64,000 bases of DNA, taken from a phage. This document shows positions 33,209-42,683 of this stretch, one piece after another (within the stretch, counting starts at the first letter, position 1; every line of letters begins with the position of its first letter). The stretch lies in the sequence record PZ496581.1, one strand, 5' to 3'. The translations under genes and the position numbers were made by a program. The notes under the pieces were generated by a model. It saw only the letters and a list, made by a program, of their open reading frames with translations, was not told where the DNA came from and did not search any database.

Positions 33209-33473
33209 CTAATTTCCTTAATTGATATTGCAACGAGCTAATAATTTCTTCGTTCATTTTAATATACATGTCGCGCAAGAAAGGTTTTAACCCATCACGA
33301 ATAATTGCTAACGTATCACCTTTACATAAATTAACCAAATAAGGATGGTCTAAAGCATCCCAACCAGGCTGATTAGCATACATACCATAGTTTTCTTCCA
33401 TCATATGATTAAGACGTTTGATATCTTGGATACGTGATTCAATAGCATCTTTCTGGAGCTGTTTAATATTCAT
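33192..33473 (-). CDS. Hypothetical protein (93 aa)
   Basis: Track ORF. Confidence 0.45.
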   Translation of the reverse strand: MNIKQLQKDAIESRIQDIKRLNHMMEENYGMYANQPGWDALDHPYLVNLCKGDTLAIIRDGLKPFLRDMYIKMNEEIISSLQYQLRKLDDENN

Positions 33474-33934
33474 TAGTAAAGGTCCTCAGAGTAAAGTTCT
33501 TTTTCATTACCACCACGTTCAATACGTACTTGTCCAGCGTAAGTTGCAATAATCATTGCTTCTTCACGCGTCCAGTAATTAGAGTATTGGTCAATAAAGC
33601 CTTGGTCGTCATCACAAACTTGTTGAGTAACTAATTGAGGTTTAACTACATCTAAAACTTCTGCCATATCTTTAGAATAATGACGAGCACCTGGAATAAT
33701 AAGAGTTCGTCCATCTTTTAATTTAAAACGGTTGGCTGCACAGACAATTCGTCGTTGATACTTTTGGTTTTCATCCCAATACAAAGTCTGCCAACAGATT
33801 TCAGGAACTTCATCTAAAACATTTTGTTCTGTATATTCACCGCCGTAAGAAGCTAATTTAGCAGCCAGACTTTCCGGAGTCTCACGCGACAAAGCTTTAT
33901 CTAACAGAGCTAAACGTTCTTTAAAAGTTTTCAT
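33473..33934 (-). CDS. Hypothetical protein (153 aa)
   Basis: Track ORF; ATGA-type overlap with neighbours; no motif recognised. Confidence 0.5.
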   Translation of the reverse strand: MKTFKERLALLDKALSRETPESLAAKLASYGGEYTEQNVLDEVPEICWQTLYWDENQKYQRRIVCAANRFKLKDGRTLIIPGARHYSKDMAEVLDVVKPQLVTQQVCDDDQGFIDQYSNYWTREEAMIIATYAGQVRIERGGNEKELYSEDLY

Positions 33935-34260
33935 TTAAACCATCCTTTAATACGTTGCCAAATAGATTTTTGTGCTTGTTTATTTACACCAATCGAACGA
34001 ATAACCGGTTGTGACTGCTGATATTCTTTATAATCTTCTTTATAGATTTCGTAAGCTGCATCAACAAATGAACTGATCGCTGCCATGTAGTTTTTACGAA
34101 GGCCAAATGGCGCGTCATTATTTTCACGAATAACCATATATTGGCCTGCTTTAATCTTTACAATTGTCCCTAAATAAGCCCCGTGGTACCAAATATCCCA
34201 TCCTTCCTGAGTAGGTTCTGCACATTTACGAAGTTCGTTAATAATATTCAGCTTATTCAT
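33931..34260 (-). CDS. Hypothetical protein (109 aa)
   Basis: Track ORF immediately downstream of motA. Confidence 0.5.
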   Translation of the reverse strand: MNKLNIINELRKCAEPTQEGWDIWYHGAYLGTIVKIKAGQYMVIRENNDAPFGLRKNYMAAISSFVDAAYEIYKEDYKEYQQSQPVIRSIGVNKQAQKSIWQRIKGWFK

Positions 34261-34270
34261 TATGTATTCC

Positions 34271-34903
34271 TCACAGTACGTTAGTTACAAGGGTAATGAT
34301 TTCTTTAGACACATTAGGGAAGTCAATGTAAGTATATTTACCACCGATCTTAATCTTAACATCATTTTCAAGAGAAGTAAACAGCTTTGATTCAGTTTCT
34401 GACATGTTGTATGCAAAGATTCTAAGAGAACCATCTCGACGAATTTCGATCTGACGAATACCTAGAACTCGTTTTGCAAATCGAACTTCCAAGTTACTAC
34501 GGTTTTCACCAATTTCTTTAACTTCAACTTTATCTTTAATATTTTCAAAAACAAAGTTTGCTAATTCATGCATTTCAGGAGTAACTCCACGTGCTTTTCT
34601 AGTGTTACGTTTCTGAAGAAGTTCTGGAGCATTTTCTTGAGCAAATAAGTCTGCAGCTTTTTGGATAATATCCATTGCTTCGCCTGTTGCTACAAGTCCA
34701 TCACCGGATTTTTCGACTAAACCTTTCTTAATCAATACACCAATGTTAGAGTTAACAACCGATGCATTGTATTCCGCTTCCAGAGCTTCACGGACATTGG
34801 CAGCAGTGGTGAAGTTGTTCTTAATGATATAAACCATTATTGCAGCAGTTTTTTCATTCAGAGCGTTTTCAGAAGCTTTGATGATGTAAGTAACTTTAGA
34901 CAT
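34271..34903 (-). CDS. motA: MotA middle-transcription activator (210 aa)
   Basis: MSKVTYIIKASENALNEKTAAIM...NSNIGVLIKKGLVEKSGDGL... near-identical to remembered T4 MotA. Confidence 0.9.
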   Translation of the reverse strand: MSKVTYIIKASENALNEKTAAIMVYIIKNNFTTAANVREALEAEYNASVVNSNIGVLIKKGLVEKSGDGLVATGEAMDIIQKAADLFAQENAPELLQKRNTRKARGVTPEMHELANFVFENIKDKVEVKEIGENRSNLEVRFAKRVLGIRQIEIRRDGSLRIFAYNMSETESKLFTSLENDVKIKIGGKYTYIDFPNVSKEIITLVTNVL

Positions 34904-34940
34904 TTTATTTCTCCAAATTAGTATTTGTTTTGATAGGTCT

Positions 34941-34969
34941 ATAATATCATGTTTGAAGCAAAAGTAAAC
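34941..34969 (-). promoter_or_regulatory. T4-type early promoter for motA (-35 GTTTAC, 17 nt, -10 TATTAT)
   Basis: Near-identical copy of the module at 35263..35291. Confidence 0.45.
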
Positions 34970-35007
34970 TTTATTTTGGGCTCTTTTTCCAAAAGCCCTG
35001 GTAAAAT

Positions 35008-35223
35008 TTACAAACTCATTTCTTTAATAAGGCCAATAAGTTTTGCCTTTTTAGAACGAAGCTTTTCTAAACGATGTCCATTTGAACCGCGAACCACTAA
35101 AGAATTGATTTCAACTTCTAAGAAATTTAATTCTTCAACAAGTGCTTTACGGGGAGCATTCATACCAGGTTTAACTTTACCGAAACGAGTAGTTGTGTTT
35201 TGGGTTAATTTCATTTTAGACAT
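35008..35223 (-). CDS. Hypothetical basic protein (71 aa)
   Basis: Track ORF flanked by two near-identical promoter modules. Confidence 0.45.
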   Translation of the reverse strand: MSKMKLTQNTTTRFGKVKPGMNAPRKALVEELNFLEVEINSLVVRGSNGHRLEKLRSKKAKLIGLIKEMSL

Positions 35224-35262
35224 TTTATTTCTCCAATTTGGTTGTTTTGTTTTGATAGGTCT

Positions 35263-35291
35263 ATAATATCATGTTTGAAGCACATGTAAAC
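35263..35291 (-). promoter_or_regulatory. T4-type early promoter (-35 GTTTAC, 17 nt, -10 TATTAT), duplicate of the motA promoter
   Basis: The ~35-nt core ttgataggtctataatatcatgtttgaagca recurs 320 bp away. Confidence 0.45.
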
Positions 35292-35316
35292 TGTTTTGTG
35301 AGAAAAATGCACAAAA

Positions 35317-35332
35317 GGGAGCCGAAGCTCCC
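35317..35332 (-). terminator. UUCG-tetraloop hairpin downstream of gene 52
   Basis: gggagc-cgaa-gctccc followed by UUUU on the minus RNA. Confidence 0.45.
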
Positions 35333-35408
35333 TAATCATGTTTGTCCAACCAATACAGCCAAATCACTAGTGCAGCTATTGCACCGAGAAATCCTAAGGC
35401 TAGGGCAC

Positions 35409-36734
35409 TCAAAGTGCCTCCAAGTCTTTAGTGTACTCTATCACAACATCAGTAGACTTCCAATACTCATTTTCTTCTTTCTTAGCTTTAGCTTCTTCTG
35501 CTAGTTTACGTGCTTCATCGGAAGTGATATGGAAGATGTTAAGACCTACCAGTTTATCGACATGTTCTTTATACATTTCGATTTGTGCTAGCTCTTCAGT
35601 CAAAGCTTTACGAGTCTTGCCCTGAATCACAATTTCGCCACTGATAACTTTTTTGATGAAGTGTGCCTTAGCAAAAGCAAGTTTAAATGCTTTTTCAGAT
35701 TCAAGGATTTTATTGTCAATACGTTTCTGAACGTAAGTCTTACGGACTTCAACAAAATCTTTGATTAAGTCCACTACGTTATCGTAGACCGCTAATTTAC
35801 CCTTTTCATTAATCACTGTGATGTTTTGTGAACGACGTTCGATGAGACTAAAATCTTTCATGATTTTTTCATGACGTAGCTCTTCATCATCAGGAAGCGA
35901 GTACTCTTTACGGAACTTCACCTTAAACCCAAAGCCGTGTTCACCACAATCATCTTCCCATGAGATTAGACCTTTGTCTTCCAACGGGTCAAGAACCTTA
36001 CTCACATACGTTTCACGGTCGAATTTATATGGGATTTCAGTTATCTGCATTTGAGTGCGAGATGTGAACTTATACGTTCCGTGAATCTCATAACGCCCAT
36101 CAACTTCATGTACTTCACCACGGAATTCCGGGAATTCAACTTTTGGCTTAGTGACATTTTTACCTTGAAGAGCTTGTAATACAGCCTTTTTTACCGATTT
36201 AAAACTATGAGGCAGAATATTTGTTGCGTAACCGGTTGCAATACCAGAGACGCCATTCAAAAGAACTGTCGGAATAATAGGAAGATAGAATTTTGGTGGA
36301 ATGTGTTCTTTATCTTCATGAGCTGGAGCATATTCAGTATCTTTATATACGTTATAGAAATTTTTACTTACACGAGCAAAAATATAACGAGATGCTGCAG
36401 CTTTTTGGACTGTTCGAGAACCAAAGTTGCCTTGGCCATCTAACAGTGGATAGTTGTTGTTCCATGTGTTAGCCATCAATGCACCTGCATCTTGTGCAGA
36501 ATATTCACCATGGTGATAACCTAAATCTGCAACACCGCCTGCAATTGACGCAAGTTTATGAAATTTTTCTTTATTACCACGAGCCAAATCTAACGCACGA
36601 TGAACCACAAAACGTTGAACCGGCTTAAATCCATCAATCATGTTTGGGATTGCACGGTTTTCAACGGTGTACATCGCATATGCTAAGGCTTCGTTATCAA
36701 TAATACTTTTTAGATTACGAGAATTCAATTGCAT
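35409..36734 (-). CDS. 52: gp52 DNA topoisomerase II medium subunit (GyrA-like), 441 aa
   Basis: DGFKPVQRF, catalytic-Tyr region AASRYIFARVS and DGQGNFGS motifs. Confidence 0.9.
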   Translation of the reverse strand: MQLNSRNLKSIIDNEALAYAMYTVENRAIPNMIDGFKPVQRFVVHRALDLARGNKEKFHKLASIAGGVADLGYHHGEYSAQDAGALMANTWNNNYPLLDGQGNFGSRTVQKAAASRYIFARVSKNFYNVYKDTEYAPAHEDKEHIPPKFYLPIIPTVLLNGVSGIATGYATNILPHSFKSVKKAVLQALQGKNVTKPKVEFPEFRGEVHEVDGRYEIHGTYKFTSRTQMQITEIPYKFDRETYVSKVLDPLEDKGLISWEDDCGEHGFGFKVKFRKEYSLPDDEELRHEKIMKDFSLIERRSQNITVINEKGKLAVYDNVVDLIKDFVEVRKTYVQKRIDNKILESEKAFKLAFAKAHFIKKVISGEIVIQGKTRKALTEELAQIEMYKEHVDKLVGLNIFHITSDEARKLAEEAKAKKEENEYWKSTDVVIEYTKDLEAL

Positions 36735-36738
36735 ATTT

Positions 36739-36879
36739 TCACCATATTAATGAACGAATAACCATTATAACATCTGAAATGAAAAGCACTACTTGGATTA
36801 GTCCAAACATCACACCATAGTACAGAACCGTAAGCAACAACAAGAGCCCGAAGGCTCCTGCTAAGATTTTCTTAATCAT
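36739..36879 (-). CDS. Small hydrophobic protein (46 aa), not in the ORF track
   Basis: Hand translation MIKKILAGAFGLLLLLTVLYYGVMFGLIQVVLFISDVIMVIRSLIW; start overlaps the stop of the next small ORF. Confidence 0.35.
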   Translation of the reverse strand: MIKKILAGAFGLLLLLTVLYYGVMFGLIQVVLFISDVIMVIRSLIW

Positions 36880-37025
36880 TACTCGCCTTTTAACACGTTA
36901 AGAAGAGCTAAGACCGCTAAGGTACCTTGTGATACGGCCTGTTGAAATACTGTTGTTTCGCCTGTAACTAAAGTGTTAACGAATAAAAACGACCAACACA
37001 GCAATGCAATAATCCATGCTACCAT
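36879..37025 (-). CDS. Small hydrophobic protein (48 aa), not in the ORF track
   Basis: Hand translation MVAWIIALLCWSFLFVNTLVTGETTVFQQAVSQGTLAVLALLNVLKGE; lies where T4 carries ac/stp. Confidence 0.35.
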   Translation of the reverse strand: MVAWIIALLCWSFLFVNTLVTGETTVFQQAVSQGTLAVLALLNVLKGE

Positions 37026-37077
37026 TTTAATTACCTCAAAAATAAATTAAAGGCCCAACTTAATAGGCCTATATAAA

Positions 37078-37524
37078 TTAGTAACTCTGCAGAATGAATT
37101 TGAAATTATCTGCCAGAAGACGGTTCATTTCAGTGAGTGTTTGATATTCTGATGTATGGTTGCGAGTGAATGCCAGAGCCAATTGTCCTTTACCATAACC
37201 AGTAGTCAGTGGTTTCATGTTCTTAGCTGCAACAAAGATTACATCATATTCAATATTGTTAGTGCCCATGGTACGGGCTAGTTGCGAACGGCCTTGACGA
37301 ATGTGAGAAAGAATTGCATCCAACCCTTGTTTAGAACGTTGACGTCCTACAAAGAATCGTGCTGCTACTTGTCGCCAATCAGATGAACCTTTAACGAAGA
37401 AGTAAAAACCTTCACGAGAACGAAACTCTTTAGAAACTTCAGAACCGTATTCGCCATTACGAACTACTGCAACAACTTCACCGCCAACTGCCAGAAGGTC
37501 TTTACGAGTTAAATATTTGGACAT
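37078..37524 (-). CDS. ndd: Ndd nucleoid-disruption protein (148 aa)
   Basis: [10 protein letters not shown]...[32 protein letters not shown]...[40 protein letters not shown] matches remembered T4 Ndd. Confidence 0.8.
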   Translation of the reverse strand: MSKYLTRKDLLAVGGEVVAVVRNGEYGSEVSKEFRSREGFYFFVKGSSDWRQVAARFFVGRQRSKQGLDAILSHIRQGRSQLARTMGTNNIEYDVIFVAAKNMKPLTTGYGKGQLALAFTRNHTSEYQTLTEMNRLLADNFKFILQSY

Positions 37525-37600
37525 GCTAATTTCCTCAATTGATTAATGTTTTTGTAATCCATGAGAGCATTATACTCTGCTCTCAAGAGTTTGTACAATT

Positions 37601-37801
37601 TTATTCGGCTATATCAGAACGTTCAAAAAGCTCTTCAACAGTTAAACATTCAGTGTCATCTTCAATAAAGAATCGAGTCCAACACGTTGGGGCGATACAG
37701 TTATGAGTTTGTCCGGCGATAGAAGCTACACGAATAAGCTGCTGACCATTATTCAGGACAAATTTTTCACCAATTTCAACATCTTTAAAAAGCTTAGCCA
37801 T
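37601..37801 (-). CDS. Hypothetical protein (66 aa)
   Basis: Track ORF with early promoter module at ~37826..37859. Confidence 0.4.
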   Translation of the reverse strand: MAKLFKDVEIGEKFVLNNGQQLIRVASIAGQTHNCIAPTCWTRFFIEDDTECLTVEELFERSDIAE

Positions 37802-38051
37802 TTTGTGTTCCTCATATTTTGATAGGACTACTATACCATAATCCTACCTTGATGTAAACAATTAAATTACATTAAAATATGTTAAAGCCAACCATGTTCC
37901 AGTGAACGAACATGCGATGTAAAAACCCGTATCACAAATTGTTCTTAGTACAATAAGAAGTGCATTTTTCATAAGTACCTCAATGCAATTGAAAATATTA
38001 TACAAATCATAGGGATACTAAGCAACCATATTCCGATCCACATTTTAGAGC

Positions 38052-38315
38052 TCATATCTCAACTTCCGCGAGTTCCATATATCCTTTGTTGATAACCTCT
38101 TTAAGGTCTTTAGAAAGAATAACACCAAAATGGTCGTTCATATGTCCATTAACCAGACGAGTTATTTCGGATTCAGATGACATATAAGGCACGTCTGAGT
38201 CCCAATGAGATAGACCCAAATGGGTATAAATCATCCCTTCGTCATCTGCAGTGTTGTACATTGAAACAAATTCGCCTGTTACTTTATGTTTTGCGTAGAA
38301 AAATTTAAATTTCAT
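38052..38315 (-). CDS. Hypothetical protein (87 aa)
   Basis: Track ORF; promoter module upstream. Confidence 0.45.
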   Translation of the reverse strand: MKFKFFYAKHKVTGEFVSMYNTADDEGMIYTHLGLSHWDSDVPYMSSESEITRLVNGHMNDHFGVILSKDLKEVINKGYMELAEVEI

Positions 38316-38341
38316 GATGTTATCCTCTTTTAGATAGGACT

Positions 38342-38371
38342 ACTATATCATAGTCCTACTTAGTTGTAAAC
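38342..38371 (-). promoter_or_regulatory. T4-type early promoter (-35 GTTTAC, 18 nt, -10 TATAGT) inside an inverted repeat
   Basis: Inverted repeat taggacta/tagtccta flanks the -10. Confidence 0.4.
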
Positions 38372-38383
38372 ACTTTTATGAAA

Positions 38384-38860
38384 TTAAAGATGAAGATACC
38401 ACCCGTTGTAGTTGCTCTTGCGGACGATTTTCTTTAGGTCTTCATGGTCTCCCACGAACTTTATAGAATAAGAGAAGACGTCAGGTGAGGTTTCTTTGAC
38501 ATCTAATATAATAATGCAATCTGCGACTCGATGATTCAAGAAGGGCCCTATATTGATTCCATTACCACCCGGATAATCACCACTGTATCCTGTGGTAACC
38601 GAAATCCATTTAGAATCTATCTGGTGCGTCTTGACTTCGACACGCAACCCGCAGTATTTAGGATGAGCTAACACATCCCATGCATACGTGTACGGGTCTT
38701 CTACGTCTTCATTACCTTTATTAACATATCCGTCTAGCCAATTTGCTACTACATACTCTGCAAAGACTGCAACCTTACAACGTCGAACAACGTCTTCTTT
38801 TATTTGACCTGGATCTTGTTTCAACGAGTACCGAGCAGTGTCAGCAATCTTCACCTTCAT
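38384..38860 (-). CDS. Hypothetical protein (~158 aa; start at MKVKIADTARY), in the T4 denB position
   Basis: Track ORF 38384..39004; its N-terminal 48 codons overlap 38877..39164 out of frame, so the internal ATG is preferred. Confidence 0.45.
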   Translation of the reverse strand: MKVKIADTARYSLKQDPGQIKEDVVRRCKVAVFAEYVVANWLDGYVNKGNEDVEDPYTYAWDVLAHPKYCGLRVEVKTHQIDSKWISVTTGYSGDYPGGNGINIGPFLNHRVADCIIILDVKETSPDVFSYSIKFVGDHEDLKKIVRKSNYNGWYLHL

Positions 38861-38876
38861 TTCACTAGTCAAAAAC

Positions 38877-39164
38877 TCATTCGACAGGATAAATGTCGGA
38901 AGACTCTTCAGCCTCAACAGCCCCAAGTTCGTCTTTACCATAGATACCTCTGATATGTAGTTCGCCAAAATAAATGCGGTCACCTTCTTCAAGATATTCT
39001 GCATCTACAGGCGGAATTTCAATAACAACTTCGTCGCATTCTAACCAGCCGTAGTGTGCATCGCCAGGATGTTTTACCAATTTAGCACAATAAACTGATT
39101 TACACTTATGATGACCACGAAGATTAGCAATTTTGGATTCTGATACGTCAAATGGATGAATCAT
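38877..39164 (-). CDS. Hypothetical protein (95 aa)
   Basis: Track ORF immediately downstream of rIIB. Confidence 0.4.
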   Translation of the reverse strand: MIHPFDVSESKIANLRGHHKCKSVYCAKLVKHPGDAHYGWLECDEVVIEIPPVDAEYLEEGDRIYFGELHIRGIYGKDELGAVEAEESSDIYPVE

Positions 39165-39184
39165 AATTACCCCTAAAGAAAAAA

Positions 39185-39200
39185 GGGGACCGAAGTCCCC
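39185..39200 (-). terminator. UUCG-tetraloop hairpin plus U-tract downstream of rIIB
   Basis: gggga-ccgaag-tcccc followed by UUUUUU on the minus RNA. Confidence 0.5.
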
Positions 39201-39205
39201 AATTA

Positions 39206-40153
39206 TTATTCTGTAAATAATTCAGTAACGTCTGAAATTACTTCATAACGACAAGTACGCATCTTAGCATCACCATAGTCAACCGGGATGGATACAACAT
39301 CACGTGGATGAACTTTAACTTTCACAACTTTATCTGAGCTTGAACCAAAGTGGCGAATATAAGATTTAGCACAAACGTGGAGACCGCGAGAACAGGTTTG
39401 AGTATCATCGTCGTTAACTCGAGTACGAGGCATTGAAACAACTTTACCTGGGGAGTTATCAAATGTACCACTATAACAGTCTAAATAGTCCTTACGAACT
39501 ACTTTCCACGCATAGAAATGACCATCTTCAGTGATTTCAATATCGTTTGCAACCAAGAAGTCGAATAAACGTTGTACAGCTTTTTCGCTTGGGTTTTCTA
39601 ACAGGTTTTCAAGGAATGGCAGATAGAATTTAAAGTCTTCACCTTTTTCCATGGAATCAATAATACGGTTAACCAGCCCTGAACGAATCTCTATACCTTG
39701 ATAAAATAAACTACCACCTTCAATAGTAACATTACCATCAACAAACTTAGTAATAGCTTTCTTGATGTTAATAAGTTCGACAGCTTTACTAAGGTTTCCT
39801 GCGACCAGATTAGCTTTAATTTCTTCAAAATTTGCATGACTTGATGGAGTCGCATTGTATGCTACGCGTCCTTCAATAATTGAAATAAATTTAGATGACG
39901 CGTTCCATACGATTTCAGGACGATGTCCGCCGATAATAGGTTCATCATTTTCTGGAACTTCTTCGATTACATAAGAGGCATCGTTTGCTTCAGGGACAAC
40001 GCCTTCTGCTTTAAAATTCTTAACAATCTTACGAAGAGTATCTGTTGAAATGTCGAAGTAATCGGCAATTTCTTTACGAGTCCATTTGCCTGATTCAACC
40101 AGGCCGTAAGCTTCTAACTGTTCTTCTTGGGACAAGCATTTAATATTGTACAT
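39206..40153 (-). CDS. rIIB: rIIB (315 aa)
   Basis: MYNIKCLSQEEQ... and C-terminal block SPGKVVSMPRTRVNDDDTQTCSRGLHVCAKSYIRHFGSS match remembered T4 rIIB. Confidence 0.85.
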   Translation of the reverse strand: MYNIKCLSQEEQLEAYGLVESGKWTRKEIADYFDISTDTLRKIVKNFKAEGVVPEANDASYVIEEVPENDEPIIGGHRPEIVWNASSKFISIIEGRVAYNATPSSHANFEEIKANLVAGNLSKAVELINIKKAITKFVDGNVTIEGGSLFYQGIEIRSGLVNRIIDSMEKGEDFKFYLPFLENLLENPSEKAVQRLFDFLVANDIEITEDGHFYAWKVVRKDYLDCYSGTFDNSPGKVVSMPRTRVNDDDTQTCSRGLHVCAKSYIRHFGSSSDKVVKVKVHPRDVVSIPVDYGDAKMRTCRYEVISDVTELFTE

Positions 40154-40162
40154 AATGTTTCC

Positions 40163-42378
40163 TTATTTGGCCGCTTCCACGGCCTTCATGAATTTAACGA
40201 TTTGAGCGACCTGTTCTTTGGAAAGAGTACCACGTCGTCCCATGTATTCTGACACAATATGATAATTGGTTTCGAATTCAATAACCATTTTATCATCATT
40301 ATCGTAAGCATTATCTTTAAGCTTATCGAAAATTTTAGCGCACAATTCTAACTTCCTGTTCAGGTCTCTGTTATCAGCACCTGCGAATCGATTCCATCCC
40401 CAGCGATTATTTACTGTTGAGAGTTTTGCAAAGTCTTTACTGATTTCTTTGTTCTTAGAGCTAAAATACTTACTAAGGAAGTTAAGCTCTTCGTTACGAG
40501 TAATATGATTCAAATAAGGCTGTGCTCTACGACTTGGTGATACATACTCATCATAATCCACTTTATCAATTAGCGTAATATAGTCGTTAATTGATTTTTC
40601 GAACAAGCATTCTACTTCACCAAGTTTACGAACTTTCTTAGCAATCTGTGGACGGACTACAGTGAACTCTTTAATACCTGACAAATCAGCAATACGGGTC
40701 AAGAAATTGGAGTCATAGTTCAACCAACCTTTATCTGCGTCAAGACATTCAGCATTAGAACGATTACGAACTATAGCATAACCTTGGATTTCATCAGCTT
40801 CACTCGCTGGAATAAAGAGATCTTCCGATACCCAAACATCGTTTTCGTTCTTGAAGAAACGATGGGCACTCGGTGATTTAGGGCGAGGCCCATTAGAACG
40901 AGTCTTGACTTCAATCCATGGCTTAACGATTTGTAAAAGCTCTGAAGTCTTGTACATGTTAATGTTGTCGCCATCAAAGATAACTTTAAGGCGTTCCAGA
41001 AGTTTCATTGCATCTTCGTCTGTAGGGTCAACGAATAGTACGCTTTTACCAAAACCGCGTGGAACTTTACCGGTTAATTTAACCTCGTCTTTAGACATTT
41101 CAATTGAATTAAGAGCTCGCATTAATGGAACGCGTCCCTTAACGTCGTCAATAACAATTTCAACGTTTTTAATGTTAATGCCAATCAGGCTATTAATTGA
41201 AATGGTTGTTGATGAGCTACCACTTTCACGAATACGACGAAGACGAGGGGATTCAACGATATCGTATACGACGCCAAGATTACACCACTCAGGCCCCATT
41301 TTAAAACGTTTGTACAACTCGGAATAAGTTAGTTGTTCTTTAGAGTATTTCAGTGATTCAATATTAGACCCGGCCTTTTCCATGTATTTACGAGCGGTAT
41401 AGCCAAGAGAATCAATTTCACGGAACACATGACGTGGGTATTTACAATCAATCCATTTCTTAGAATCTTCAGCGAACAATTTAGCATCGATTTCTGCAAC
41501 ACGTTTATGGATATTTGCTACTGTACGTTTATCAAATGACAATGCTTCACGAGACGGGGCTACATCTAGTTCACCCATAGGGAATTTAATATAAGCTGTA
41601 GTGCATCGCGTCATCATCCATGTTTGTTCTTTAATAACACTTCCGATTGGATATACAATACCACCATAAACAGCCATGATATTACCACGTTCACCCCATG
41701 GAGCTTCCTTGGCCAAATATACATCGTCAAATTCAGGAAAGTATTTAATATCTTTAACACCACGAACTTCTGCAATATCACCTAGAGGACGCATAACATA
41801 TGCAATTTCAGATGCGAACTTTTCAAAATCTTCTGGGTTAACCGGTACAACTACTTCTACACCCGTACGGTCATCGGGGCCCATCTTATCTACAAAGGTT
41901 GGCTTAATTTGTGGACCTGTGTCATCTTGGTAGATTACGTAACCACGAACTTCACCGTTGTGATAAGACGTAAGGTTAAACGTATCGGTATATGCTAGTG
42001 GAGCTTTAGAGCCGAGTCCGAATCCACCAATGAAATCGTTACTCGATGTTTTAGTTGAAGCAAAATATGAGTTATAGATTCCTGGCTCTTCGTCATTACC
42101 TCGAATGGTGAAATCACTCATACCAGGACCAAAGTCTCGAACTACAAAACGCGGGTCTAAACGACCTGGAGCCTGAACAATAAACTTATCAGTGCAACCA
42201 TTAAGAATTTGTCCATCGATACAGTTTGTGATTAATTCACGTACACAAGCCAATTCTTTGTTTGTATAAAGGTCTCATTAGACAAAATCTTATAAACTTT
42301 GCTATTGCCTTGAATAGTGAATGCTGTGCTCTTACCGCCTGAACCAATAATTGTTTCTTTAGCCGTTTCAATAATCAT
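40163..42378 (-). pseudogene. rIIA: rIIA with broken reading frame: 48-codon N-terminal ORF (42232..42378) plus 696-codon remainder (40163..42253) in another frame
   Basis: N-terminus MIIETAKETIIGSGGKS...KILSN then frame break at gaga (plus tctc 42273..42276); the downstream frame reads DLYTNKELACVRELITN...DFGPGMSDF...GGFGLGSK (GHKL-like). Confidence 0.6.
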
Positions 42379-42390
42379 ATTTTTCTCTCA

Positions 42391-42591
42391 TCACAAGTTA
42401 CGTTTAAAAATTTCTGCTACTTCAAGAAGTTCTTCTTTAGTAGCTGTATCGGTTTGTATTTTATATCGAATTTCTTTAAAGCGTTCTTTAAAGGACTCTG
42501 CTGACTCGATATCAAAAAATCTTTGGATAAGCCGGAATTCCCGGAGCACTGCTTTATCAAAAAGTTCCAAGTCCACGTTATATGTTCTCAT
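42391..42591 (-). CDS. Hypothetical small protein (66 aa), rIIA.1 position
   Basis: Track ORF directly upstream of rIIA. Confidence 0.45.
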   Translation of the reverse strand: MRTYNVDLELFDKAVLREFRLIQRFFDIESAESFKERFKEIRYKIQTDTATKEELLEVAEIFKRNL

Positions 42592-42683
42592 AATATTCTC
42601 TTCAGTAGATTCCTAGGGCACTATTACTAAAGACCATATAATCTATCATCTTATGTGTAATAGTGTCTCAGGCTATTCAGGAT

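Noticed and set aside
34926-34950. Plus-strand sigma-70 promoter reading of TTGATAGG...TATAAT
   Set aside because: Only 4 nt separate the putative -35 and -10 on the plus strand, and there are no plus-strand genes downstream; the minus-strand reading is consistent at more than twenty sites
34941-34969. TGCTTCA inside the promoter spacer as a MotA box (middle promoter)
   Set aside because: It ends only 7 nt upstream of the -10 hexamer, whereas the MotA box is centred near -30 (11-13 bp from the -10); a GTTTAC -35 at correct spacing explains the element better
40851-41327. 158-aa plus-strand ORF
   Set aside because: Antisense within rIIA; Ser/Leu/Arg-rich composition typical of a wrong-strand reading
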